Assembly: GCA_022813865.1 (NCBI GenBank) | Contig: JALDZX010000022.1 | Coordinates: 124,001-188,000 of the forward strand | From: Xylographa opegraphella | Lineage: Eukaryota | Length of the DNA stretch: 64,000 nucleotides | Direction: 5' to 3' | Shown: in pieces, positions 1 to 15,934 of the stretch | Numbering within the stretch: the stretch's first letter is position 1 | Layout of the letters: each line of letters starts with the position of its first letter | Made by a program: the position numbers and the translations under genes | The notes under the pieces: generated by a model | The model's database searches: none | Told to the model about the DNA's origin: nothing | What the model saw: only the letters and a program-made list of their open reading frames with translations

Positions 1-270
1 TAGTGGATTACACACGACTGCAGAGCGCCTCCTTGGTGGGGAATGGAGGGGCAAGTTCTGCAACGTCAGTGGGGTGTGTTCCGCACGAATTCGAGGCACA
101 TTTCAACCCGTTGGCATCCGTAGTTTTGCATCACAGCTCTTTCCTCCAACCTGATCACTTCAAACTAAGACCATTGTGAGTTCATACAATCAATTGGCCA
201 GATCACATGCTAATTGGTCTTTCAGTCAAGCAAATTCAAGAGCGCATTAAACCCGAGTCCGTTCAACAAG

Positions 271-2034
<1,764 letters not shown>

Positions 2035-2359
2035 ATGTTCAAGAAGTGGTAAATGACGCATAAGCTGTATTGGGTACAAATGAGAGGTATATCAGGAAGC
2101 TTATTAGATAGACCTTCATGATGCAGTGGACGTATATACTTTCGAGTCATATAGCTGACCAGTTTGAGAAATATTTACCCAATCATTATTGTTAGATTGC
2201 AGATGGTCGAGTTCTTCAATACCTCTCTTAGCCCATGCTCATATAGCCCGCTAGAATTTTGGCGCCCTCTTCCCCGGATTGATCGCCAAGACCCTTGCGA
2301 GGCTGTTGTGATGTCGAAGCACAACATGGCTTTTCCATTTCTTGTCTTTCGCTGCTTCC

Positions 2360-3580
2360 ATGATGTTACTGCTTGGTGTCCGATCTATCCTCTTGATACT
2401 GTGTTCTCTTCTTTTTGAATTGAGTTCTTCTGTCTATGCCGCAAATGATGAAAAGCCGTTACAATCGAAGAAGGCGGTTGAGAAAGTGAATAGTTATGCG
2501 CCTGGGGATCGCATTGTGGTAGAGTGCTTAAATCGGACTACGTGAGTTGGACCTTGCTATCTAGAGACTTTGAGGATGCTTTGGCCACCAAAATAATGCT
2601 TGGAAACTGTTGGCTAAACGTCTCTGATAGGGATACTGGCGAGCATGTAAGCTTCCTCGTAATCGCTATCCTTGGTTCAGCAATGGCCGCAGACTTTTCG
2701 TCCGAAGACAAAAAATAAAACTTGCTGAGGAATCCCATATATGTGAAGTCATTAATGTTGTGCAACGTGAAAAGAGGGTGTCAACAGCTGACATCTGCCT
2801 CAAACCACAGATTACGAACGCTAAGGGCGAACTACAATATATACCTTTTCCTACATGCAACGAGACTGGACGGCCACTGGAGCTGGTGTTTGGAAGCGAG
2901 AAAGGTATTGTACTATTACGCAACTTGTCTTCGATGTTTGCTTGTTTTCCAGTCGTCGTCGCTGACTCTTGTGGACAGACATAAATTGTACAATCCCAAC
3001 GTTGCCTGACCGCCTTTTCCACCTCCTCGAGTTCTATATCCACAACGACGCTCCTCTTTCTTGCCGCCTCCCATCACGACCCGCCACTTCTGCTCTCAAT
3101 ACTCCGGACTACACACATCTCCAGTTCGCCTTGACAGGCACGTTACAGCTCTCGCACCTCCATATAAACCCTTCAATAAATATATTATTACACACTACCA
3201 CCTCGGAGTCCTCGGAAGCCGACTCCGAAATCCTTGCCGCTACCGCCTATTCCCTCCCCTCTATCGCCTCTACACATCGATTGGTTATCGGGGACTCTCT
3301 CCCTTTGCAGCTGTCAGTGAGGTGGTACACCTCAAAAGTCTTGCCGGCAAGTACGAGTAAGGTCAGTGGGTTGGGGGGACATGTGCATTTAAGTACGATT
3401 GTTTACTGCTTGTTGAGCTTTGGCGCTGGGGGCGCTGTCAGTTTAGCATATTGGAGGGGAGTCGATTTACCGAGGCGAATGAGAAGGTACAAAGGAGACA
3501 TGATTGGTGGGGAGGTCGGTAGGGGCTATGCATGGCCAGGTAATACTGGAAATGGATCTGCTGGCGGAAAGAGGGACTAG
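2360..3580 (+). CDS. Fungal type-I membrane protein of unknown function (signal peptide, Cys-containing luminal part, C-terminal TM helix)
   Basis: Exons 2360-2541, 2631-2646 (16-nt micro-exon), 2811-2904 and 2979-3580 splice in frame to ...CLNRTTDTGEHITNAKGELQYIPFPTCNETGRPLELVFGSEKDINCT...; hydrophobic N-terminus; TM IVYCLLSFGAGGAVSLAYW. Confidence 0.8.
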
Positions 3581-3800
3581 ATGGCTTAATGAATGGTTAC
3601 TGGTTTCCGGATTCAAGGGCCTATATGATATAGATAGGCAATCTGGCCAATATATACATACACCCGCATGTCCAGAGCGAATCAGGTCTCGATCTGTGTA
3701 GAGTCAGTTGAGAGATGGTATGGAGAGTTCGGCGGGGACTATTCGAAGGTCGTAGGGACATCTTAGATGACCCATATCAATATAAGAATCTTCTTGAAAG

Positions 3801-4486
3801 TCATTGTGGAGGTCGGCTCCTTATCGGAAGGTTGGTGATGGTGAAGGGGCTCACTGCTCCAGGTGCGGTCTGGTCTTCTTCCTCGTCGTACTTATCGTCC
3901 TCGGCCTCCTCCTCCTCCTCCTCGTCTGCCTCCTCCTCCATCACATCGGGCCCAGCGGCGTCCCCCGTCTCCTCACCCTCCACCATTGTTGATGGCCCGG
4001 CACCTTCGCCAAACATATCCGTCCACAACGCCAGCGTCTCTGTTGCTGCTGCTGCCTCGGCCGTCAGCTTCCTATCCTCTTCCACCATCTCGGGCTCGGT
4101 CAAAAAGCGCCATGGTCCCTCATCGTCAAGGGCCAGGCCCCCCCGCGTAGCGGCGTCATTGCGTGCCTGCTGCTTGTCTTTGGTATAACGGGCACGTATG
4201 CCCTTGGCGGTCGCCTTTGAAATCTTGCCCTCTTGGGCGAGCTTTGTAGCAAGGTTGTTGTTATGGACGCGAGCGCCCTTCAGCTGCTGGTTGATTCCAC
4301 GGTGCATCGCTGTATGTATCGCAGCTTCAAATAGAATATAGATTAGCGAACAGGTATAAAATGCACTGTTCGAGGGCCTCAGTATCACATACCCACGGGC
4401 TTGTCAAGACGACCTTGTCTGTCTCGAGCGGCCTTACGCTCTGAACGGCCGCTCTGCCCGGCGTGGTTCTTCTTTGCAATACCCAT
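3801..4486 (-). CDS. Hypothetical protein, basic N-terminus and acidic (poly-E) C-terminus
   Basis: ATG at 4486 (MGIAKKNH...). Intron 4325-4392 (GTATGT...GCTAAT...AAG) joins it in frame to ORF 3801-4388. No recognised domain. Confidence 0.6.
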
Positions 4487-6085
4487 GTCGTTATAAGAAT
4501 GGGGGGTTCGAACAAGTGATAAAGTGAAAGTTATGATATGTGGACGATGGATGTGTGATCGAGGTTGTGATGAGTATAGTGTGCTTGAATTCGCAGATGT
4601 GCGTTGTAGTAGGTAGCCTTCAGACGCATAACAAATGCATTTTGATAGTTTATATATTGGAATTAGGTTGTTAGCCTTCACAAGCAGATGGGTGGTGTAG
4701 TTGGTTAGCTTAAAAACTTTCGACATCATTCGCGTGACGCCTGTCTCAAAGGTTAACCATTCCTTAAAGAGGCTGTGTTCGAGTCCCACTCGTTCCAGGT
4801 TGAGGTCGCCGAATTCTCCGTTAAGTCGGGTTTCGCACTACCGGCCGTCTCTTTTGCCATTTATACCGCCTGCTTTGGGTCTTAATCCTTTTTTGGTCTT
4901 CCTGTAGGATCAACAAGCTGCACGCAAGTGCTGTGCATTTAGCGTATATCAATCACATGACCGTGGAAAACTCGGGCCATCTCAACACTGTGTGAATGAA
5001 CTTAGCCTGGCATATTGCACCCGACTAAACATATATTCCGCGACCGCTTTACATGTCTCAAGGCCTTCGACATACTGCACCATTGCAGGCCATTATACAT
5101 ACTGAAAACTTCAAATTCAGATCTGAAACTTGTTCAAAATCACAAACAAGCAGCAACCCGAAAACATGGACGAATATGAGAGACATGATTTGCATCATAT
5201 GTAGGGCATTACATGGTATCACCAGAGATCTCTGAGTTCGTCTTGCCGCCATTCTGACAGCTTGATCTAATATGAGAGGTTCAGCAGTTTTGAGGTCTAT
5301 CATGAATGTTATATTACTGGAGGTCTCCGACATGTCGTCGGCTCTCTTGGCACGTGTTAGTCATCACCTCTAGCAGTAGAGTCGGGTCCGGGGCTCCGAG
5401 GACGACGCTAACCGGTGCGGGCAGACGGACAGTATCTGAAACACGGGGTATTGCTGACTACCTTAGTGTGGGCGACTAACAGCAATAGCCATAGCGCTAA
5501 CAAGCATGAGACCACCATAGTACGGTAACATCTGAGCAGCTGGAGGACTTGAGATGACAAGGACCACGACTGCTACAAGAGTTTATGGGTACGCTTTTCA
5601 GCCAAAAGTGTGGGGTGGGTATGGGTATACACAGTACTCCGTTGGCAGTAGCAGATAACGACCGTCCCACGTGAGAGTCAACCTGGTCCCAAATCAAGCT
5701 TGACGGCGGCACAGCAGCCATCTATCTAAGGTAGCTAGCTACCTTACCGTGGGAGGGTGTGCCGCAGCAGCCTTAGCGTGGGAAGCAAATGATACGCCAA
5801 CCCTTCATTGCTAGGGCTGCCTGTCTCGCTTGTCCTCCGGTACCAGCTATTTTGTGTTCGGCCAGCTTGCCATGGCTTGCAAAGTGGATACTAAGGGACT
5901 TAGGTATCATGCCATCCTCCACATGGCGCGGCACGCGAGGGCCAGCATTCTTATTTGAGATTCTTCGTCGCTGATCAAGCGTGCTGTCTTTAACTACTGT
6001 TTCTCTGTCACGCCGCATGTCTTTCTCGCGATTCACTTTTTTGCGAGTGTACATAGTATCGCCGTGCCTGTTGCGCGCATGAACA

Positions 6086-8762
6086 ATGGCTTTACGCCGG
6101 TTTTTCTTAACTATCTTGTTGCTTTCAGCGCTTCTCTCGTTATCTAATGCAGCAAGCAGCACCACCTCAACCGACTCCTCACTCCCTACTATCACCTCCA
6201 CTCAAGTCGCAGCCTTTAATTTTCCACTAACAGAAGCCAATGCCGTCTGCTGGTACCCACTTTCTGTAGGTAATGGTTCACCGTCTGAAGTATAGCAAAA
6301 ACTGACCTCTGTAGGGAAATTATGGTCGCCTACCTCGCATTCTCTTCTACATAACCCTTCTGTTCGCGCTATTGGCGCGCACTCATCAATGGTTAATAGC
6401 TGGCGCCCTCGCCGCGGCTCTGACTTATTCTGGGACGGCTGCCATCCACGCCTGCTTGTTGATCTGGCGAGGGCCCACCAATGGAGAAACGGATTTTCTG
6501 GCCTTGTTGGCAATCTTGAGCACCTCCTGTATCCTCACGGTTCCCTTGATCAATTGGTCGAGTACACTGCGCACACTGGGTGCGAAAGGAGATAAATATG
6601 ATTCTGCCAGTCGCACAATCATCATTTACTGGGGCTTCCTGATAACCGTTGGATTCTTGTGCTGTTTCGTCGCCTTATGGGACAGTCAAATCAACATGCC
6701 GCTTTACAACTTCAGTGCTATCGATGAAGTCACTTGCGTCCCACCTGGCGGGAAGATGAATTATACTGTTGGACAAAATCCACAATGGAGCGTCCTCGTA
6801 GTTGATGCAGAGTTCGTCGAGACTAACAATTGCCTCAATCCATGTGGTGGCGCTCAGATCGACCCCTACAAATACCTCCCAATTCCAGGGGGAGCGGCAA
6901 TCTTCCGTAATATGGACGACTCCCAGGTTCTCACAATGGCGGAAATTAACTACCTGGCGGATGTTGGTATTAGCAAGAGCCAATCTCGGAACTTACACTT
7001 TGTTGTTTTCTACATACGATGGGGCTTGCTAGTTCTTCCGTACATCTTAGTACAGGGTATCTATGCAGCCTTATTTGGACGGAAGGCGCCACGAGAAGTA
7101 CGAGACATGCTCTATTTTTACTTCAAAGACCGCCAAATTCCTTACTTCACTTCGGCCTGGTTGAAACAGCGCAACGTTGGTTCTTATATCCGTGCTAAAC
7201 GCATTCAAAGATGGCTCTCCCAATGCTTCTGTCTAACAATGTACCTTTGGGCTATTTTCGTAACTGTCCTGTGTGCTCCACTGCTTGTGGCTAATCTCGT
7301 GGCTTCGGAGATAGCTCTGGATCATGTTGCGCAAAGTGAGTCAGCAATTCACGTTGGAGCATGGGCGCCGTGGGCCGCCGCGGGTCTCGTCATCTTTGCG
7401 GCAGGAGTTGCACGATTTCAAACTGCGCTCGTAATCAGTGCGGATGAGATGTTCAAGGAGCTTGTTGCACGGACTGGCCACGCTTTCCGGGTGTCCAAGC
7501 GTCGTTTGAGAGCATCGCGCTGCGAACCTCATATGGATTCCGAAAAAGGTAGCAGACCAGGATTGAAAGACTCTCGCAGTCATTCTGCAGCTCCGTTCCC
7601 ACAAATCGTCAGAAAGACCGGCTCATCCGCTTTCGAGACCCTTGGTGGACCACTCAACCGACTAAGAGATCGGATGAATATCAGTTTCAACATCGTCGAA
7701 AAGGAGTGGTTCTGTTTTTGGCAGTTCTGCAAAAATCCGGATGAAATGGGGGACTTCAACCCGCACTGGCGCACTGATAATTATAAGGTATGGAAGGAAC
7801 GGCATCCGAGTCACAAGGATGTACTTGAACGTGGCACAGCAACCATTTCTCAAGAAAGCTCTTCTAACAGCAAAGACAACTTCCACCCAGCGAGGAGCTC
7901 TGCTGAAGGCCACATTGCAAGCTCGATAGTGCCGCGGCAACCTCCACCTACGCGAGATCGGCCCAACTCTTCGAGCGCTGCATACATGGGGCATCAGCCC
8001 GTCCTGCCGTTGACGAATCGCACTTTTAGCGACCATCACGACACCGACATTACCGCTCACACACAAAGCCCCCGCCAAAATCTACCATCCAAGCACCTCT
8101 CCCTCGAAAAGGAGCTCCCCACCCTTCCACCCCCAACCCCCAACACCCGCTCCCCCGCAGCGACTCTCAAACGCCCCACCACCGCGCCAGACAACGAAGA
8201 AGCCCACCACCTCCTCAGCTACTCCACCCAAGACTACGAGCTGCACCCGACCCCTCCCACCACCAACCTCAAAAATTCCCTCCACGACTCCATGACGTCC
8301 CGCAAACGCCGCTCCGAAGCCTACAGCCCCACCGCCGAGCTCCCTGCGCACTCGGCCCATCCCGCTCCCACCCCGCAAGCCGCGCCCACCTCCCTGCCCG
8401 CACGAACACCCTACGAGCCTCACGCGCCCTCGCCGCTCTTCTCCGAGCCGGAGATGCAGCACCTGCTGTCCGGCTCGCAAGGCCCCTCTAGTCCCTCGCA
8501 GCCGGCACCCGGGCTCAGAGGCTTCTCGGCGCTTCCGGTGCACGCCTCGTCGCCGCTGCTGCCCGGCCGCGCGTCCACGGTCTCGTACCTGCAGGTGCAG
8601 CGGCCGTCGACGCGCCTCTTCGCGGACGAGATCCGTCTGCGCAAGGACGAGTATGGGACGTATCACCTAGTGGAGGACGGGGAGGAGGAGGAGGAGGCGC
8701 GCAGACGGGCGCAGCAGCCGGTGCGGAGGATGAGCCGGTATAGTGGGGACGCGGGCGACTGA
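6086..8762 (+). CDS. Multi-pass fungal membrane protein with signal peptide and long disordered Pro/Ser-rich C-tail
   Basis: Signal peptide MALRRFFLTILLLSALLSLSNA. Intron 6266-6314 gives VCWYPLSGNYGRLPRILFY...WLIAGALAAALTYSGTAAIHA, followed by several further hydrophobic helices. Confidence 0.8.
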
Positions 8763-9762
8763 GCCTGTCTATTTGGTGCGAGTGGGTCGTTGTGCGTTGA
8801 ATTGGGATGTGGAATTGGGAGGCTGGCCTGTCTGGCGTAGCGCAACGGTGCGGCTGGCCCGGTGGGCGCGGGTGTGGTGTCCAAGGCCCGGCAACGCGGC
8901 ATGCGAGCGATAGGTAGTCCTCTCGCCCCAGCACCACCGCACTCAATAGATACCAACCAGTTGACGCCTCGCGCGCACCATTGCAGGCCGGCCTCCCATG
9001 ACAGCCCCTGAACGCCCCCTCTCGTCCCATTTCGCTCCCTCTTCCCTGGCCGCTAAGACCGCCCGCCCTCCCCTAGCCAACTACCCCCCCGCCCGTCTCC
9101 GCCACTGTAGCTCTCTGGGTGAAAGGTGGGACCGACACCGGAGCGCACTTGGGCGGATGGGCGGAGTGGAGTGGTGACGGAGTGAATGGTTGTGGGTTTG
9201 GAGGGGTATTTGTTACGGGTTTAGGTGGTAGGTGCAGAGGGATGTTGAGGGGGGAGAGGGGATGGTACGCGGTGCAGGGCGGGGCGGGAAGCGGGCGAGG
9301 GGGTGGAGAGCTCCAGGGGGGGTGGGCTTGGAATTGCGAGCGTAGGTGGTATGGAAGCGGGGGGGAATCCCGGGTTCGGTTCCGGATAATGCTACGATGG
9401 GGAAAAGGCTTGTCATGGAGTGTGATTTAATTACAATGACTTTCACGCATGGTGGTGGTCAAGGCGGAGGGGCACGGTTCGGGAACGGATGATATGTACT
9501 CCGTATGATGCGTAAAAAGTGTTTTAAAAAAGGAACAGCTGAGGAGATGCGTCCTGTTCCGCTCTATGGTATCCCCCATAACCCCCTCTGTCTCAGGGTG
9601 TTTGTACTCACACAACTCGCTCCTGGGCAGAGCTGGCGGCCTCCCAAGGAATATGGTGTAATAAATAGTTTAGCTAGATGGTCCCAGCGATCGCCTCCAC
9701 ATTATGCAAGCTAGGGAAGAGGAGAAATCATCGTTACGATAAGGATAATTATAGAGAGGTTT

Positions 9763-11565
9763 TCAAGATTCGGTAAGGCTCTTCGTCACGCTCTTCGCGT
9801 CGCTTTCGGCCATACCGGCGAACTTTCCATCCGCGACTGCACCCTCGATGAGCTGCGCCTTGACGCGCGGGCCGGTGTAATAGTACCGACCCGAGGCGTA
9901 CCAGTAGCCAACGGCGAAGATGGCGACGGCGGCGAGGATGACGGAAACGTAGTTCATCTGTGAGATGGTGAGCACGACCTGGACATGTCGATACTATAAG
10001 CGAGATTACTTACGTTTTCTGGGGTCACGGGCAGAATGGTGGGCAGTACGAATATGACGCTGACAAAGAGCGTCCAGATCACTGCCCACAGGTTGATCCA
10101 GAAACTGTACCTGCCGAGGTGCCAGGGGCCGGGCTGGAACTTGCCGAACATCATCTTGCACAGGATGGGGATGCAGTACGACCAGTCGAGCGCGATGGCG
10201 GTGAGGTTGAAGATGGCCGCGATGGCAGTGTAGGAGCCTAGCCCGACCAGGTTGATGAGGGCGCAGCAAATGGTGAAGAGCCAGACGGCGTAGAGGGGCG
10301 TGGTCGTTGTCTTGTTCATCTTGTACCAGACTCGTGATAGGGGGAGCATTTCATCTCGCGAATAGGCCCACACTGTACGGGCGCCAGCTTGGATGGCCGT
10401 GATGCCGACGAAATTGAGGATGATGAATGCAGCTACCGTGAAGAAGATTCCGCCTGCTGGCCCGATATTGTCGTAGAAAATCTGAGCGGCGGGTTGAGCG
10501 ATGGGCGAGGCCAAGGTGGTCGGGATGTCACCGGAGCAGTAAGTCAGGACAATCGTGAACAGCCATCCGCCGATGTATGTGAAACCAAGCGCTGTGGAGA
10601 TGGCCCATGGCGCCTTGAGCTCGGGATTCTTGATTTCTTCGGCAATATGGGCCGTGGCGTCGTAATCGGTCATCGTCCACGAAGCGGAGAGAAAACCGAA
10701 CAAAAAGGAGAACCCGGCAGGTGACCATCCAGCTTCGGGTAGTACATTGGTCCATACGTATGACGACGGATGCTTGTTCTCGGTCATTACGAGCAAAGTG
10801 ATACAGCAACTCACAAGCACTCCAACGTGGAAGATGACGTAAGTCCTTGTCATTTTTTCCAATGCGGCGGTGCTCATGCTGTTCAAAGCTCCATGAAAAA
10901 TGGTCACGGCCGCCATGACTCCCACGGTGTGGTCGTTTGTTGGTATATATGTGAACCCTGAGCCCATTGAAACCGCTGCCAGCAGCAATTGAGCGCAGCC
11001 GTACTCGGTTGATGCAACTCCTGCGATCTGGCCTAGAAGATTTAACCACCCGCAGAGCCAGCTAATCTCAGGAACCCAAGCCTCCGGTGCAAGATGTTTG
11101 CATGTGAAGTATAAACCTCCCGACGTTGGGTATGCCGAGACAAGCTCTGACACCGACAGCGCGATACACATGCCCCCGAATCCCGATATGAGCCAACACC
11201 AAACGGCCGACGCCGCGCCGCCCGCTTCGAGCGGGTAGACAAATGTTGTAGCTACACTGGCGAAGAGACCGGAAATGGACATGGCAAACGAGAAGCAGGA
11301 GAGCCATGAAAACTCGCGTTTATAGACCTACAGCCACGTTCCTGTCAGTCGGGCGGTGAAGGGTTCACGATTCTCGCCATACCTGGACATATCCCAGCTC
11401 CGCCAGTCGTCGGTCGGCCTCGTCAAGAAGCGCAATGTCCTGAACGACGTCGACGGGCTCGAGGTTCGCCTTCTCGAGGGCTATCACCGCGGCCGAGGAT
11501 TTACGGCGACTGGCGTGCGCATTGAAATGATCTCGGCGGCCATCTGGCGCGATCGCATCAGCCAT
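9763..11565 (-). CDS. APC-superfamily amino acid permease (GABA/choline permease-like, ACT family)
   Basis: RLAELGYVQVYKREFSWLSCFSFA, ELVSAYPTSGGLY and WTMTDYDATAHIAEE motifs; about 12 TM helices; introns 11328-11382 and 9958-10013. Confidence 0.93.
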
Positions 11566-12638
11566 GATAATATATATTGAAAAACAAAAACAGCAACAAG
11601 TTCCACGAGTTCGAGAAACAAGCGGGCCAGAAGAGTCTTTGAGGTAGACCCTTCACGCAGCAGTCCTGCCATGTTGCACCAAGTAGCGCAGGCTAGGCGC
11701 TGATAGCGGTGAAAAGCACGGGGCGGGATGTTACGACAGCCAAGGGTTGGAGTGGGAGCTTGCATGCTCGCGAATCGACTAGTCGACTGGACACCACCTC
11801 ACAGATAAGAGCTTTCGTAGCCCCCGCACTGGCCGAACTCCGGTCAGCACGACGGGCCTCACGATCATACTCCCAAGCAAGTCGAAGGAGGTCCAGGAGT
11901 ATCAGATGAAATGCTCTGACACTCTACTCCAGTCGTCTGTCGATGACTCGTAAGCGGTCTTTGGAAACAAGATATCGAGGTTAGGGCTTTGCCCTTCAGA
12001 GCCCCCGCAGCTAACCGCAGGCTAGTGCAGCACTAGTCCTAACCCTTTGGAGTAAGGTCGAAAGTGGGAAAGTGGTTGGCGTCTGCGGAATCCTCCGAGC
12101 GAGGGAGGGATAAATTGAGATCGATGACTGTCGTATAGTATGCCTATGCTACGATCGTCCTCAACTCTGGCGCACTCACCCTCGCCACCCGATGTATACA
12201 AGAACGCTGGAAAACGTGTTTGACAACTTCATCTGGGAATGGCGTACGAGAAAGCCTCACTGCTGTGGTCTCCATCATGACGCAGCGGAGATGGGCACTA
12301 GGCGCGGAAGCTTTTGGAAAACCTCGAAAGCGGAGCCTCGGCCTGGCCCGTCCGTTGGTGGTGGCCGATGAGGAACAGAAAATTCTTTCTGTTATGTATG
12401 CAATTTCGTCATTTTCTCCAGACGGTTACTAATGTTGTGACCAATTTAATGATACATCGTTGCTTGAAATAATAACTGGGTCAACGCTCGATGTTCTGTG
12501 TCAATTTCACATATCTTGTCTCGTATATTTGAGTTTGTGAGAATCGAAGTTCACCTATTGTGTGCGGTGTACTCAACACATACTTCTGGATCTCCGTTTC
12601 TTTTTTGATAAGCTCCCTCGCATAAGTCACTTCATCCA

Positions 12639-14348
12639 ATGCAAAGCAGAGGAGATGGTGTCAAATTCAATGCCGCGGAAGATACCCAAGCTCGCATAGA
12701 GCGACTTGGGAGGCAAAGACCGTCGGTCTTCAAAACGAGATGGTCTGAATTCGGCTTCTGCTTTTCGATGCTTGCATCGATGATCATGGCAGTACGTTGT
12801 TCCTTATCCTGAGCCTGGGTGAATGAGACACTTGCTCATCCATTCTCGCAGGAATATTTTACCAGCGGCGCCACCGTTATTCTTCCCACCCTGGCTTCTG
12901 CGTTAGACATTCCTCCACAATCCCAGACCTGGCCTGCTAGTTCCTTCACTCTCGTTACTGGAGCTTTTCTACTTCCTTTCGGTAGACTAGCCGATATGTA
13001 TGGCGGCTATCCTGTCTTTATGTTTGGTCTGGTGTGGTCCATGATTTGGTCGTTGATTGGCGGATTCAGCCAGAATCAGTTGATGCTTGACTTCTGTCGC
13101 GCCCTTCATGGCCTTGGACCTGCTGCATTTCTACCGACTGGAGTGATGTTGTTAGGTAGTACCTACCGTCCAGGTCCACGAAAGAACCTAGTGTTCAGCT
13201 TGTACGGCGCTTCCGCGATTATCGGCTTCTTCGTCGGCATTTTTTTCGCAGGGCTCAGCGGGCAGTACCTTTACTGGGGCTGGTACTTTTGGATTGGTAC
13301 AATCTTGCTCTTCTTGACAACTGCAATAGCGTTTGTTACAGTACCGTCTGATCGGCATAATGATCGTTCACCTGACATCACAATGGATTGGCTGGGTGCT
13401 GCAACCATCGTTCCTGGATTGATCCTGGTTGTCTTTGCAGTCACTGACAGTTCGCACGCTCCCGACGGCTGGAAAACACCGTACGTGTATGTCACACTAA
13501 TACTGGGCACGGCGCTTCTCTGTGCTGCGTTCTATATCGAAGGCTGGGTAGCGAAGGTGCCACTACTACCATTCGACATGTTTCAAGTGAAGCAGATGAA
13601 GCCTCTGGTTATCGCGCTTTTCTTCTCCTATGGTGTTTTTGGGGTGTACTTGCTCTATGCTAGTTTTTAGCAAGTTATTCTTTGACAAGCTCCATCTGTT
13701 CTGCTTGCTAACCACATTCACAGTATGGAAAGAATTTTGGGTGCCTCGCCATTACTCACGACTGCATATTATTTGCCTATGATAGTTGGTGGTCTCATTC
13801 TGGCCACCGTCGGAGGTTTCTTACTACACGTCTTACCGGGGACGCTACTTCTAATAATATCCGGGATCGGATTCATTCTATCTGTCTTGCTCTTCGCCAT
13901 CATTCCGGAAAATCCCAGTTACTGGGCCTACATCCTTCCGGCGATGATATGCGCAACCATTGGGGTCGATGTAACCTACAACATCAGTAACATCTTCATC
14001 ACGACAAACATGCCTCAGAACAGACAGGGCCTTGCAGGAGCTCTGATCAATAGCCTAGTCTTCCTGGGCATCAGTTTCTTTCTTGGAATTGCTGATATCA
14101 TTGCCACTGCTACGGCCCATTTCGGGCCGAAGGAAAGCTACAAATCGGCTTTCTGGTTTGGAGTCGGATGTGCAAGCTTCTCGTTGATCCTGCTCGTGTT
14201 GTTCGTCAAAATCGAGAAAGCGAAAAGTGATCTTACAGTCGAGGAGAAAGCTGAGTTAGAGGCCGAGGTACGACCAATAGAGCTTCGTCCAACAATGATG
14301 GATGAAGTGCAACCGAGCGCATCTTTATCTGACACAGCGCCGGAGTAA
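12639..14348 (+). CDS. MFS drug:H+ antiporter, DHA2 (Atr1-like) family
   Basis: MFS motif A-like FGRLADMYGG, plus YRPGPRKNLVFSLYGA and MDWLGA; about 14 TM helices; introns 12792-12851 and 13670-13723 (GC-AG). Confidence 0.92.
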
Positions 14349-14991
14349 TTGGTTGAGGAACACTTCTATACAACGAAGTCTAAACGACAGCATGTGCATC
14401 AGCGGCATTTGGGCTTGCTGGCGAGCCCTCGCTTACCCTAATGATAGGAGCCAGCCACGGCAACACGAGAAGCGGCCTGTATCTATACGAGAACAATTGG
14501 AGCCGCCCTCGCACAATCTGGTCAGAAGGGGATTATAATCCTGACATTGATATGGGGTGCGTATGAGGCTACATATTGAATTGTGCAGCCGCTGCTGCCG
14601 GCCCCTTCAATAATGTATAATTAATAATATCGAAGCCGAATTGTACAATTACTGCTTGCCGTACTGGTTCATGATCACTACCCTTGATAAACCTTCACTC
14701 CCAGCGAGGCCCGGGCTCGTATGTGAGAAGGGCTGCTAAGTTAGTCAGTTCTGGCCCGTCACGCAGAGTGGGAAACCCAGTGGCAGGCTGGCAGGTAGGC
14801 AGGCCACGCAATATAGAGACGTTGTGGGAAACCAACGATTAGGTAGGTAGCGATAGCGTTCTGCTGCATTATCTGACCCAGTACTTTATAATCCGGACAC
14901 ACTACTACCGCTCAGAACCTAAGAAGCCTGCGCCCCCGCTCCCCCTCCTAGCTCCGTCTCCCTTATTTATAAAGAGAGGAGAATCCACCGC

Positions 14992-15934
14992 CTACGCGAC
15001 CACGGTCTGCAGCTGCCCGGTCACGACATCGACGATATAGCCATGCAGGCGCAGCTCCTGCTTCACGAACGGCGAGTGTTGCAGAAAGGCCACGTCGTCC
15101 CTGACGCTGCGCTCGAGACTACCCGGAAACAAGCGACGTTAGTTTACTTCCCAGGTCCGGGGGGCGTGCCTCCTTTCAGCGGGGGTGAAAAGAAGAGAAA
15201 GGAAAGGGAAGGGGGGGACGCACTCGCCGCCAACGATCTCCCCGAAATACAGGGCCTCGATGGCCTCGTCGTGCCCGGGCACCCGTTCCCGGAGCTGCTG
15301 CTTCATGCTCTGCTCCGTGAAGTGCGTGGCGCCGCAGTCTGTGGGCTTGGGGTTAGGTATGCGCGCTATGGCGGTGGGTAAAAAAGGTGGGGGGGGGGGG
15401 AGGGCGGACCGGAATGGTGGAGCAGCATGATGTCCGTGATGGGCGCTAGTGTGGTGATGGCGATGATGTCGGTCAGGGCGGGTTCGGGGCGGCCGGCGAC
15501 GTTGCGGATCACGCTGGCTTCTGTGGAGGAGTTAGGTTATTGTGGGCATATATGTGGGCTGAGTAGGAAGGGATCCAGGGCTTTGAGGGGGGGAGTACTT
15601 ACCTCCTTTGTGGAGGTCGAACATCCTCTCCGGCTCGATTCGGGGATCGAGGCAGGTTACTGGGGGTTTGTTAGTTGAGGTGCGTGAGATGGTTATCAAA
15701 CAGAGGTGAGGGGTAAGCGGTGGGGGATTGACGATCAAGGGACTGGAGGAGACGTACTTATCAAGACATGAGGTGTTGTACTCTGATCGTTGAGCTCGGC
15801 GAACTTCCATGCAGGAGTGTAAGTATCCACATACTTCCTAATGAGATGGTTAGGCAAGACCCAGTGATGAGTGCCAAGCTCGAGAGGATTTACTCATGGC
15901 GTGCCAGCAGCTCGGGAACGGTGACGAAAGGCAT
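14992..15934 (-). CDS. Beta-carbonic anhydrase (clade D-like), 6 exons
   Basis: Manual splice of exons 15894-15934, 15758-15837, 15603-15659, 15410-15520, 15224-15338 and 14992-15118 gives 531 nt in frame. Contains TCLDPR, IRNVAGR and HHSDCG (zinc ligands C, H, C) and ends GYIVDVVTGQL. Confidence 0.9.
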
